Source: Halobacteriovoraceae bacterium
Lineage (GTDB): Bacteria; Bdellovibrionota; Bacteriovoracia; Bacteriovoracales; Bacteriovoracaceae
NCBI GenBank assembly: GCA_963719505.1
Contig: CAVRCF010000001.1
Location: 64,001-128,000 of the forward strand
Length of the DNA: 64,000 bases
Reading direction: 5' to 3'
Shown here: positions 9,151 to 18,182 of the stretch, piece after piece
How the letters are laid out: each line of letters starts with the position of its first letter
How positions within the stretch are numbered: position 1 is the first letter of the stretch
Made by a program: the position numbers and the translations under genes
Notes under the pieces: generated by a model
Seen by the model: the letters and a program-made list of their open reading frames with translations, nothing else
The model's database searches: none
Told to the model about the DNA's origin: nothing

Positions 9151-10654
9151 AAACAACTTCGAGATCTTCAGGTGTCTCAACCTCTCGAACTCTTTCATTA
9201 ACAAATCGATTAATAGCTTCATCGATATCAAATTTTGATTTGGTCACAATCAGAACTTTATCATTTATAAGAAACTTTGTTGAACCATCGGGAATAACAA
9301 AGGAGCCCTCTCTTTTGATAAAAAGAACCAGGCATCCACTAGGTAGACCTAGGTCGACAACTCTTCGCTCAACGGCATAGTCATCATGCTCAATTGTAAT
9401 CTCTCTAATTCCATTTTTCGTTTTTTCTAAAACTTCAAAATCGATGGGAAAGCTTGGATCCTCGATAGATTCAAAAAGAAGACCAAGCTTCTTTGCTAGC
9501 ATCTTTAGAGTCACTCCCTGAACCAGGGCGGAGACCAACACGACGAAGAAAACGATATCAAAAAGGATATGGGCTTTATCTCCGATTTTAACAGCTGCAA
9601 GGCTGGCAAAGACAATAGGAGTGGCCCCTTTGAGCCCGGCCCAAGAGATGAAGATTTTGTCTTTGACGTTAAACTTACTAAACACCAGACACAGAAATAT
9701 CGTTGCCGGTCTTGCAATAAAAATGAGAAAAGCCGCAATGATAAGTCCCTCTGGCGCGATCTTTATAAGGCGACTAGGAAAGACCAATAGTCCCAGCATA
9801 ACGAATAAACCTATTTGAGAAAGCCAAGAGATTCCGTCGTAAAAGCTATAGAGAAATGTTTTATGAAGGATTTTTCGACTACTGATAAGAAGTCCAAAAA
9901 GGTAGATGGCCAAAAAACCATTTCCTCCCAGTTGACTGGCTAAAGAATAATTTAAAAAGAGAAAGGACAGGGTTAAAGCTGGATAGAGGCCAACATGCTC
10001 CAGATTAATGATATTATTTAAAGAGATAAAAGCTTTGGCCAAAATACATCCCACGGCGATACCAACCACGGGATTCAGGAGAAAACTCAGACCGATTTGC
10101 TCGATATCAAAGTTTGGACTCTCCATTAATCCTAAAATAACGGTGACTAAAAAGTAGGCCATCGGATCATTACTACCGGATTCAAATTTGAGAAGGTTTT
10201 TATTATTTGCTGTGACTTGAGAGCTTTTATCTTTAAAAATAGAGAAGACCGCAGCCGCATCTGTTGCAGAGAGAATGGCCCCCAAAAGAAGGGATTCCAT
10301 CAGTCCAATTTTCAAAATAAAGTGAGCAAAGATTCCTACAATTCCGGTCGTGAGAAAAATCCCTACCGAGGAGAGAATAATCCCTCGAGCGAGGTTTCCT
10401 TTAATATCCTTAATCTCTGTTTCAATTCCTCCGGAGAAGATAATGAGGCACAGAGCAATAAGACTTAGAGAATGGGTCAGTTCGTAACTTTCAAAGTGAA
10501 TTCCACCCAATCCCTCACTTCCAGCGACCATCCCTACCAACATAAAAATAATAAGAATTGGAAGCCCAAAACGACTAGAGGATTTGCTCAGTAAGACACT
10601 AAGAAGCAGGATAATTGAACCTGCCAGAATAAAGTTATTAAGAAATAATTCCAT
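9149..10654 (-). CDS. cvrA: K+/H+ antiporter (CPA1, NhaP2/CvrA type) with C-terminal TrkA-C/RCK-C domain
   Basis: ATDAAAVFS, FESGSNDPMA, FVMLGLLVFPS, WAGLKGATPI motifs. Confidence 0.88.
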   Translation of the reverse strand: MELFLNNFILAGSIILLLSVLLSKSSSRFGLPILIIFMLVGMVAGSEGLGGIHFESYELTHSLSLIALCLIIFSGGIETEIKDIKGNLARGIILSSVGIFLTTGIVGIFAHFILKIGLMESLLLGAILSATDAAAVFSIFKDKSSQVTANNKNLLKFESGSNDPMAYFLVTVILGLMESPNFDIEQIGLSFLLNPVVGIAVGCILAKAFISLNNIINLEHVGLYPALTLSFLFLNYSLASQLGGNGFLAIYLFGLLISSRKILHKTFLYSFYDGISWLSQIGLFVMLGLLVFPSRLIKIAPEGLIIAAFLIFIARPATIFLCLVFSKFNVKDKIFISWAGLKGATPIVFASLAAVKIGDKAHILFDIVFFVVLVSALVQGVTLKMLAKKLGLLFESIEDPSFPIDFEVLEKTKNGIREITIEHDDYAVERRVVDLGLPSGCLVLFIKREGSFVIPDGSTKFLINDKVLIVTKSKFDIDEAINRFVNERVREVETPEDLEVV

Positions 10655-10756
10655 TAAATATCGACACCATTATTTTTCATTTGATTGTATCTCAAGTGGT
10701 CTTTTGACGATACAGAGAAATCTTAACCCGCCGACTGAGGTCAAGAATTGGGCGTG

Positions 10757-12559
10757 CTATTTTTTGGCAATTTCCCTTAGAAAATCATCACCAAATTTCT
10801 CACACTTACTTTGGCCTACTCCATTAACCATAAGAAACTCATCTTTATTTCTAGGGAGAAGCTGACACATATCGTGCAATGATTTATCAGAAAAAATGAG
10901 GTAGGGAGGAACATTTCCCTCTTTGGCCAATCGAGAGCGAAGTTGGCGCAAATTTTCAAAAAGATCGTCTTGACCGTGGGAGGCTGCAATTTCTTTAGAT
11001 GTATGCTTTGACCTTTTGCTTGAGGTCAGCTTTTCCTTTTGAATACGCATCATAAAAGGTTCTTGCCCCTTGAGAAGTGGTGCACTTTTAGGGGTGAGAG
11101 CTAAATTTCTATAGTCCCAATTTTTTATGCGAATATAACCTTCTCCTAGAAGTTGACGCAAAAGAGTATTCCAAAATGTTTTTGGCTTATCTTTCCCAAC
11201 GCCGTAGACCGATAGTGTGTTGTGTTTTCTCTCTAAGACTTTGGCATTTTCTGATCCTCGAAGAACATCTATCACGTGCCCTGCTCCAAAACTTTCGCCG
11301 GTTCTATAGATGGTTGATAGGATTTTTTGAGACTCCACCATGGCGTCAAATGTATCAGCCGGTTCAAGACAGGCATCACAATTTCCACAAGCTTGAGAGA
11401 GGTCTTCACCAAAATAGCCTAGAAGATATTGTCTTCTGCAATTGATGCTCTCACATAAGGCAAGCATTGAATCAAGTTTTGCCCTTGCCACACTTTTATA
11501 AGCATCTGCCGCTTGAGAATTCTCAAGCATCTGGGACAACTTCATAACGTCTTGCAGACCGTAAACCATCCAAGCGCTGGCCTCTTCACCATCTCGTCCT
11601 GCCCTTCCCGTCTCTTGATAGTATCCCTCGATACTTTTTGGAAGATCCAGGTGGGCGACAAAACGCACATTTGGTTTATCGATCCCCATCCCAAAAGCAA
11701 TGGTAGCGACGATAATAATATTTTCTTCTCTATTAAATTTCGTTTGAATCTTTGAGCGTTTTTCTGAATCCATACCGGCGTGATAAGCATAAGCACTAAA
11801 ACCGGCTTTCTTTAACTCACCTGCAATTTTTTCAACTTTTTTTCTTGATAGGCAGTAAACGATGCCATTTTCATTTTCATGATGAGTTTTAATAAAATTG
11901 ATAAGCTGTTTTACTTCATCATCTCTATTGGTGATTTTATAAGAGATATTTGGTCTATCAAAAGAGGAGACGAAAATGCCTGGATCTCTCATATTGAGCT
12001 GAACAGCGATATCACTTCGAGTCTTTTCATCAGCAGTCGCCGTCAAAGCAAGTATGGGAACTTCGGGATAGCGATCCTTAAGCACTCCAAGCTGCATATA
12101 ATCACTTCTAAATTCATGCCCCCACTGAGAAACGCAATGGGCTTCATCGATAGCAAAAAGGGAAATTTTAACTTCTAAGGAGTTTAAGACTCCCGACATC
12201 AAACCCTCTGGAGAAATATAGAGAATTTTTGCAGCCCCTGAGTTGAGAAGGCTTCTCACTTGGTCTTTTTCTTCAAGGGACTGTGATGAATTTAAAAAGC
12301 AGCCTTTTATTCCATTTTGGGCAAGATTCATAACCTGATCGTGCATAAGAGAAATAAGCGGAGAGATGACAACAGTCAAACCTTCAAGGCAAAGAGCTGG
12401 AACTTGATAACAAACAGACTTTCCACCACCAGTAGGCATAATGGCAATGGTGTCTTTTTTGGCCAAAACATCAGTGATAATTCTTTCCTGCTCAAAGCGA
12501 AAATTTTTATGACCAAAGGTATCTTTTAGAATATTTAACGCGTTATCTATTGTTTCCAT
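10757..12559 (-). CDS. recQ: DNA helicase RecQ
   Basis: MPTGGGKS, DEAHCVSQWGHEFR, QETGRAGRDG, Zn-binding CRR..CGNCDAC, RQC and HRDC regions. Confidence 0.97.
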   Translation of the reverse strand: METIDNALNILKDTFGHKNFRFEQERIITDVLAKKDTIAIMPTGGGKSVCYQVPALCLEGLTVVISPLISLMHDQVMNLAQNGIKGCFLNSSQSLEEKDQVRSLLNSGAAKILYISPEGLMSGVLNSLEVKISLFAIDEAHCVSQWGHEFRSDYMQLGVLKDRYPEVPILALTATADEKTRSDIAVQLNMRDPGIFVSSFDRPNISYKITNRDDEVKQLINFIKTHHENENGIVYCLSRKKVEKIAGELKKAGFSAYAYHAGMDSEKRSKIQTKFNREENIIIVATIAFGMGIDKPNVRFVAHLDLPKSIEGYYQETGRAGRDGEEASAWMVYGLQDVMKLSQMLENSQAADAYKSVARAKLDSMLALCESINCRRQYLLGYFGEDLSQACGNCDACLEPADTFDAMVESQKILSTIYRTGESFGAGHVIDVLRGSENAKVLERKHNTLSVYGVGKDKPKTFWNTLLRQLLGEGYIRIKNWDYRNLALTPKSAPLLKGQEPFMMRIQKEKLTSSKRSKHTSKEIAASHGQDDLFENLRQLRSRLAKEGNVPPYLIFSDKSLHDMCQLLPRNKDEFLMVNGVGQSKCEKFGDDFLREIAKK

Positions 12560-12695
12560 CGGTCCTCATCCTAATACAGGCTGGGGCCTTCCGACCAGTG
12601 TTTTTATATTTAAACAAATTGTACACATAATCTGGGTCTAAATTTTGAACACTTAGAGGAATATTATTTAACAAAATTCTACCAAGGAGAAATTT

Positions 12696-13301
12696 ATGAA
12701 ATTTATGTTAGGAGCCTTTTTAATCTTAGGTGTTACAAATGTTTATGCGGAAAATAAAGGTGGCCTGTTTGTCGAACCCTTTATTAGTTATGAAAGTTCA
12801 GACCTTGAGGTCAACTACCCTTCACCTTTTGGAGATTCTGAGTTTGACTATAAAGGAGCCGGCGTTGGAGCAAGACTTGGTTTTCACGTCATGGAAACCG
12901 TTTTTGTAGGGGCAGATGCTCGTTACGGAAAGTATAGCTTTAACGATGAAGATAATGATTATGAAGAGGATGCTTCTGGTTATACCTATGGACCTGTTGT
13001 GGGCCTTCAGTTGCCGACCGATTTAAAAATTAGAGTTTGGTACAACTATGTTATGGGAGGGGTTTTAGATCCTGAAAAGTCTGATGGTGTTGATGTAAAG
13101 TTTGAAGATGCTAAAGGTCATAGAATTGGAGCCGGTATCGCTTATAACTCTTTAAGTTTTAATATTGAGTATCAAGATATCACTTACGATAAAACTGAGC
13201 TTGAAAGTGTTGGCCCATTTTCATCTGGCACAAGTTTTAATGATGTAGAGCTTGATAATGCTGGATATGTCTTCAGTGTAAGTTTTCCTTTCGCTATCTA
13301 A
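12696..13301 (+). CDS. Outer-membrane beta-barrel protein
   Basis: Signal peptide, amphipathic beta-strands, aromatic C-terminal strand; AAGGAG SD. Confidence 0.75.
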   Translation: MKFMLGAFLILGVTNVYAENKGGLFVEPFISYESSDLEVNYPSPFGDSEFDYKGAGVGARLGFHVMETVFVGADARYGKYSFNDEDNDYEEDASGYTYGPVVGLQLPTDLKIRVWYNYVMGGVLDPEKSDGVDVKFEDAKGHRIGAGIAYNSLSFNIEYQDITYDKTELESVGPFSSGTSFNDVELDNAGYVFSVSFPFAI

Positions 13302-13302
13302 T

Positions 13303-13335
13303 AAAAAAAGCCCCACATTTTATAAGTGGGGCTTT
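13303..13335. terminator. Bidirectional intrinsic terminator
   Basis: AAAGCCCCAC-N9-GTGGGGCTTT with A-tract before and T-tract after. Confidence 0.8.
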
Positions 13336-13346
13336 CTCATTTAATA

Positions 13347-13820
13347 TTACTGCGTAATATCTAGCTTTCTATCACTCGATGAGAATAAACCTTTAAAAAA
13401 ACCTTTGCTATCTTCTTTATCTAGCTCGACCTTTTTAGACTCGGTTTCTCCACTTTTAGGAAGGGCCATCTTTAGCACTCCATTTTCGTAGATCGCTTTT
13501 ATATTATCTTGATCCACGTTTTTTGGCAGCATTAAGCTGGTCGAGTAATCGAAGGATCTATTCGCCTCTTTTCTATGAGCATTAACCTTTAGGATATTCT
13601 GGTCAATAGAAATTTCGATGTCATCGTGTTCAACACCAGGCATATCGATGGTAGTTAAAAAATGAGAGTCCTTCTCCTCCATGACTTTTCCAAAATTAGA
13701 TTTTTCACTTCTATTGTAAGAGCCAAAGTCTGTGAAAAAAGAATCAAAGTCATTCCTAAACCTCTCTATGGCCAGATAGGGATTGTCATTAGCTTTTCTT
13801 TTACTTAAATCGTTGTTCAT
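13347..13820 (-). CDS. Hsp20/alpha-crystallin small heat-shock protein
   Basis: DMPGVEHDDIEISI...LPKNVDQDNIKAIYENGVLKMALPK; start at ATG 13820 after GGAGG. Confidence 0.88.
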   Translation of the reverse strand: MNNDLSKRKANDNPYLAIERFRNDFDSFFTDFGSYNRSEKSNFGKVMEEKDSHFLTTIDMPGVEHDDIEISIDQNILKVNAHRKEANRSFDYSTSLMLPKNVDQDNIKAIYENGVLKMALPKSGETESKKVELDKEDSKGFFKGLFSSSDRKLDITQ

Positions 13821-13922
13821 AATTCCTCCATTTATAATGAATATTGACTCCATAGTACCTTTTCATTAAAAATTTTCATCATGAAGTTATTCAAATTTTA
13901 TCTAGATTTTTTTACAAAGGTT

Positions 13923-14372
13923 TCAAAGAGAGGATTTTGATATGAGTTTTAACTTGGGCTCAATATAGGTTTCACAAAATTGATTCCCTTTATTCTTTTC
14001 ATAATAATTGAGATATTTTTCACTATTTAATTTAAAAGCATTCAAAGGGAGAACCTTTGTAATAATCTTTTTATCAAAAGATGCAAGGGCATTTTCAAAA
14101 AGAGGCTTGTCGCACTCTTCGCTATAGTAGACTGCTGACCTGTATTTATCTCTAAATTGATGATTGTTTTGACTGCTATGGGTTTTTAAGTGGATATGGA
14201 TAAGGCTTTCAAGATCTTTAGTATGGCACTGAAGACGAATGGCTTCAGAGAAAGTGGAGGCTTCTCCAAGGGATGATATCCATCCCTGTTCAATATTAAA
14301 GGCTTGGGTAAGGCTATTAAAAACTGCTTCTGTGCACCAATGACAACCACCACCCAGTCCCAAAACGATCAT
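13923..14372 (-). CDS. msrA: Peptide-methionine (S)-S-oxide reductase
   Basis: GGGCHWCTEA, YRSAVY, FCETYIEPKL. Confidence 0.8.
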   Translation of the reverse strand: MIVLGLGGGCHWCTEAVFNSLTQAFNIEQGWISSLGEASTFSEAIRLQCHTKDLESLIHIHLKTHSSQNNHQFRDKYRSAVYYSEECDKPLFENALASFDKKIITKVLPLNAFKLNSEKYLNYYEKNKGNQFCETYIEPKLKLISKSSL

Positions 14373-15167
14373 CTAAATTTTTTCACCAATACCGTATTTA
14401 ACATCAGCATTTTTATAAATAGGTACTGTCTTATCTAACCACTGAGTTAAGTTTTCTTGGCGCCTTTCACTGGCGGGGTGAGTTGACATAATCTCTGGAG
14501 GAGCTTGTCCACCTGCTTTTTTCATTCTCTCCCAAACCTTTGGTGCCTCTGTTGGATTATAGCCAGCTTTCGCCATATAGACTTGGCCCATCTTATCTGA
14601 TTCCGTTTCATCTTCTCTTGAAAATTTTCTATTGAAAAATTCTGCTGCAATAGCAGAAGCCGCTGCTCCGTAAGTGGTCACCTTCTTACACTGTTCAGTT
14701 TTACAAAGAACTTGTCCACCGACGAATACTGCGCCTCCAACTAAAAGACCTGTCAGTTTTGTTTTAATCGCACGAGCGTATCCTTCCTTACCATGCCTCA
14801 AAGTCGCATGAGCCACTTCATGTCCCATAACCGCAGCGAGTGCACCTTCATTTTCTAAGACGGGGAGAATACCTGTGTAAACGGCCATCTTCCCACCAGG
14901 CATGCACCAAGCATTTATTTCGTCAGATTCAATGAGAATAACTTCCCATTTAAAGTCTTCTCCCGAAGCCTTGGCTATCCTGTTTGAAACCCTTTGAACC
15001 ATTTCTGTGAGACGTCTATTAGAGGAGATTTTTGAATTCTTTTTAACCTCTTCGTAAGCCTTTGCCGCTTGAGCATTTATCTCAGCATCTGTCGGCTCCT
15101 TCACTCCAGGAATTGAAGAACAACTCGATAAAAATAATATTAAAAGTATGCTTGCCACTATTCTCAT
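14373..15167 (-). CDS. M48 family lipoprotein metallopeptidase
   Basis: Lipobox LSSC; NAWCMPGGK, HEVAH, ETESD, STHP. Confidence 0.9.
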   Translation of the reverse strand: MRIVASILLILFLSSCSSIPGVKEPTDAEINAQAAKAYEEVKKNSKISSNRRLTEMVQRVSNRIAKASGEDFKWEVILIESDEINAWCMPGGKMAVYTGILPVLENEGALAAVMGHEVAHATLRHGKEGYARAIKTKLTGLLVGGAVFVGGQVLCKTEQCKKVTTYGAAASAIAAEFFNRKFSREDETESDKMGQVYMAKAGYNPTEAPKVWERMKKAGGQAPPEIMSTHPASERRQENLTQWLDKTVPIYKNADVKYGIGEKI

Positions 15168-15364
15168 TTACGATCCTTTATTAAAATTTTTAATATCTTA
15201 TTCATTAACCTTGTCTTTTTCAAACTGATTTTAGCAGAACTTAAACTATCTCTGAGTACTGTCATCGGTCAATATTGCAAATATATAGATATCTACACCT
15301 AAGCTTTATCTAATTGCGATGATAATGACTCTCCCCCTGACTAGACTGGTATAAAGGAGTTCTT

Positions 15365-15724
15365 ATGAAACTATTAATGATTGCAACATTCCTAATGACT
15401 TCACTTGCTGGAGCCGTTAGCTTCAACAACCCTGACTATAAAGACTTTAGACTTAATTCTGAAGTAAGGCTTGTAGAAATCTCTAAAAATTTAGCAAAGC
15501 TTGAAGTTATCGTAAATGAATATAGAGGTCCTGCAAAAGATGACCTAGAGTTAAACTTTGACGCTATCTTAGACAAGACAGCCATGCTTGAAGAAGAAAT
15601 TGCGATGTCGAAGAATATGTCCGAGACAAATTTTTATTTAACTGCACCAGAGATCCAAAAAGATTTAAGAGAAGTTGATATGCAGATTAATCGACTGATA
15701 AATGTCGATCCAGTCATGTACTAA
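15365..15724 (+). CDS. Hypothetical secreted helical protein
   Basis: AAGGAG SD, signal peptide. Confidence 0.65.
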   Translation: MKLLMIATFLMTSLAGAVSFNNPDYKDFRLNSEVRLVEISKNLAKLEVIVNEYRGPAKDDLELNFDAILDKTAMLEEEIAMSKNMSETNFYLTAPEIQKDLREVDMQINRLINVDPVMY

Positions 15725-15871
15725 AAGCCAAGCTAAACGCTTGATTTTTCCACCAAAGTTGTTGGATTGTAATATAAGTTTTTAAGATTCTACATATTAT
15801 TTACTCTATATTTAACAGCCAGTTTTTATTTTATATTTTATTATTAGTTTAGTGTAGAGCAGGAGGAAGAG

Positions 15872-16276
15872 ATGAAAATTTTTATAGTAGACGATGAGCC
15901 AGAGATCATAAAACTTTATACTTTATTTCTCAGAAATAGAGGTGATGAAATCATAGCAACAAGCAATGCAACGAGTGCTATAGACCTTATAAAAGAAAAC
16001 TCTTTTGATCTTATTATTACGTACAAAAGAATGCCTAAAGTTAGTGGAAAAAAGATCATCGAATTTGTGGAGGAGAATAGACCTCTTATTCCAATTCTTC
16101 TTTTAACTGGTGACCATGATGTTTCATACGACTTTATCAATCCCCAAAGTAAAATCGTTATAAAGCCAATAATGATGGCTGACCTTTTAAAACATGTGGA
16201 GGAAGTTGAAAGAAATTTGTTCACTAACGTCTTTGATAAAAATACCGTAAAGCCATCAGAGGTGCCACTACAATAG
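15872..16276 (+). CDS. Single-domain response regulator with Tyr at the phospho-acceptor position
   Basis: IVDDE, DLIITYKRMP (canonical D-x-x-M-P), LLTG, KP; AGGAGG SD. Confidence 0.8.
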   Translation: MKIFIVDDEPEIIKLYTLFLRNRGDEIIATSNATSAIDLIKENSFDLIITYKRMPKVSGKKIIEFVEENRPLIPILLLTGDHDVSYDFINPQSKIVIKPIMMADLLKHVEEVERNLFTNVFDKNTVKPSEVPLQ

Positions 16277-16284
16277 GGCCCGCT

Positions 16285-17088
16285 TTACCCTAGAAGTTTT
16301 AATAATCCTGCACCCATATTGTTGACTTGTGATTGAACCATCGTTTGAGAATTTGATAAGAGTTTATTTTTTAAATTCTCTGAAGTCACCTGAGCAACGT
16401 CGGCATCTTTTATTTTACTGTGGGTAGATTTACCATTCAAAGAGCTTGTCTCCAAATTACTACTAGTACTTTCCATTCGACTCATCAAAGCGCCGGCTTT
16501 TGCACGACTTTTTGAAATCTCCCGTGAAGCATAATCCAACTTAACCAAAGAAAGACGAGCTTGATGCTTATCGGCCAAGGTGACATCACCAATTCCAAGG
16601 GCCATTGGATCTTGAGAAAATTCTGCAAGGTCAATGGACAGACGACTGTTCTTTCCATTTTCTGTGTCGACTTGAATATCTAATTTTTTATCATCTCCTC
16701 TTAACAGATGATTGTCTTGATACTTAGTACTGACGGCGCTTCTTTTTAGTTCGTTGATCAGTTGATTTGCTTCAATATCAATCAATGACCTTTCTGTATC
16801 TGAGTAGGTATCAGATGCTGACTGAATAGCCAGCTCCCTTACTCTTGTCACGATTGAACTCATCTCGCTTAGGGCACCGTCCATAACTTGAACAATACTT
16901 ACCGCTTGATTTACATTTCTATTGGCTTGATCTTTACTTCTGTTTTGGGAATTTAGTTTGGAGGCAATACTCAACCCTGCGGCATCATCGCCAGCTTGAG
17001 TGATCCTATTACCACTCGCGAGTTTTCTAGAACCTGATTCTATCTCTCTTTGAGTGAGCTTACTTTGACGTAAACTATGAATGCTCAT
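16285..17088 (-). CDS. fliC: Short flagellin (D0/D1 only, no hypervariable domain)
   Basis: LASGNRITQAGDDAAGLSIA, RVRELAIQSASDTYSDTER, SKIKDADVA; true start may be 7 codons upstream. Confidence 0.85.
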   Translation of the reverse strand: MSIHSLRQSKLTQREIESGSRKLASGNRITQAGDDAAGLSIASKLNSQNRSKDQANRNVNQAVSIVQVMDGALSEMSSIVTRVRELAIQSASDTYSDTERSLIDIEANQLINELKRSAVSTKYQDNHLLRGDDKKLDIQVDTENGKNSRLSIDLAEFSQDPMALGIGDVTLADKHQARLSLVKLDYASREISKSRAKAGALMSRMESTSSNLETSSLNGKSTHSKIKDADVAQVTSENLKNKLLSNSQTMVQSQVNNMGAGLLKLLG

Positions 17089-17316
17089 TTTCGCATTAGT
17101 TAACTTTATTCGTTCTCCTTATTATCGAATGAGGGTATGGCCTCATCTACTTAACGGACCATATTGCTTAAATACTAAATTAGTCAGGAAAAAAAATTTC
17201 CGAATCGATCCAACACCCTGGAATTTAATAGAAATATTGGCTCTAACAAGAAATTATTGAGGGGAAAATAAGGCTTTATGCCAAAAATTAAGTGAAAATT
17301 CATATAGTATTAAGGG

Positions 17317-18042
17317 GTGAAACTCTCTTTGATAGCTCTTTTCCTCTTTTCACTTTCTAGCCTGGCAGCAGTGACCCCACCTCGCTGGAGGTTTCAGTAC
17401 GACTATGGAAAAGTTAAAACAGAGTACTTTGAAGAACAGTTATCGATCATATTTGATAAAAAAGAAATTATTCAAACTGCAGACTTTCATCAATTTATTT
17501 ATCAATACTACCTTGCCCCACCATGGCTAGATTTTTCTATTGGCGCCAACATCACGGGAACAAATGTTGATGACCCCTCGGATGAAGATCTTCAATTTAA
17601 ATATATAAGTGGCTACGCTAATTTAGGAGTTTTGATTCCCATTTCATATTACTGGAATATAAAATTAGTAACTGAGACTTTTTACACAACAATGGAAGTT
17701 AAGGACGATAAATTTGGATTCCGAAACCTAAGGGGAACCCAGATTTATCCTGAGATTGAATGGCTCCCCTTTGGTACTGATATGTTTTTTCAGGTTTCTC
17801 CTTATTTTAAGTTTCCTCTTTGGAGTGATACCGGCAATAGAGAAGAGACCACGGTGGGACTTAAGTTTTCAATCCCTTTAACATCTCCAGGATCGATGCG
17901 ATTTCCGACATTTGCCTATAACACTTCCCTCGTTGTGCGCCTTTTTTATACCAATATGAAGCTCGATTTTGAGGAGTCTGGCTTTATCTCCTCAGAGTTT
18001 AAAATTAAGCAGTATGGTCTGACTGTTGGACTTAATTTCTAA
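17317..18042 (+). CDS. Probable outer-membrane beta-barrel protein
   Basis: Signal peptide; aromatic-rich strands; C-terminal YGLTVGLNF. Confidence 0.65.
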   Translation: MKLSLIALFLFSLSSLAAVTPPRWRFQYDYGKVKTEYFEEQLSIIFDKKEIIQTADFHQFIYQYYLAPPWLDFSIGANITGTNVDDPSDEDLQFKYISGYANLGVLIPISYYWNIKLVTETFYTTMEVKDDKFGFRNLRGTQIYPEIEWLPFGTDMFFQVSPYFKFPLWSDTGNREETTVGLKFSIPLTSPGSMRFPTFAYNTSLVVRLFYTNMKLDFEESGFISSEFKIKQYGLTVGLNF

Positions 18043-18144
18043 ATGACCAATTCTTTTGGCAGAATTCTTAATTTTCCCTAAACCCATTTACCTAAGCTAT
18101 TGAAATCTCATCTAAAGAAAACTTAATATATACTTAAGAGAACC

Positions 18145-18172
18145 TTAAGAAGGAGTGAGCTTATACCGATAA
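18145..18172 (+). promoter_or_regulatory. Sigma-28 (FliA)-type promoter
   Basis: TTAAG-N15-ACCGATAA against consensus TAAAG-N15-GCCGATAA. Confidence 0.7.
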
Positions 18173-18182
18173 GTAGCTATAG

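Noticed and set aside
9511-12529. Many short ORFs overlapping the antiporter and recQ
   Set aside because: Alternative-frame or antisense shadows of well-supported genes, with no motifs.
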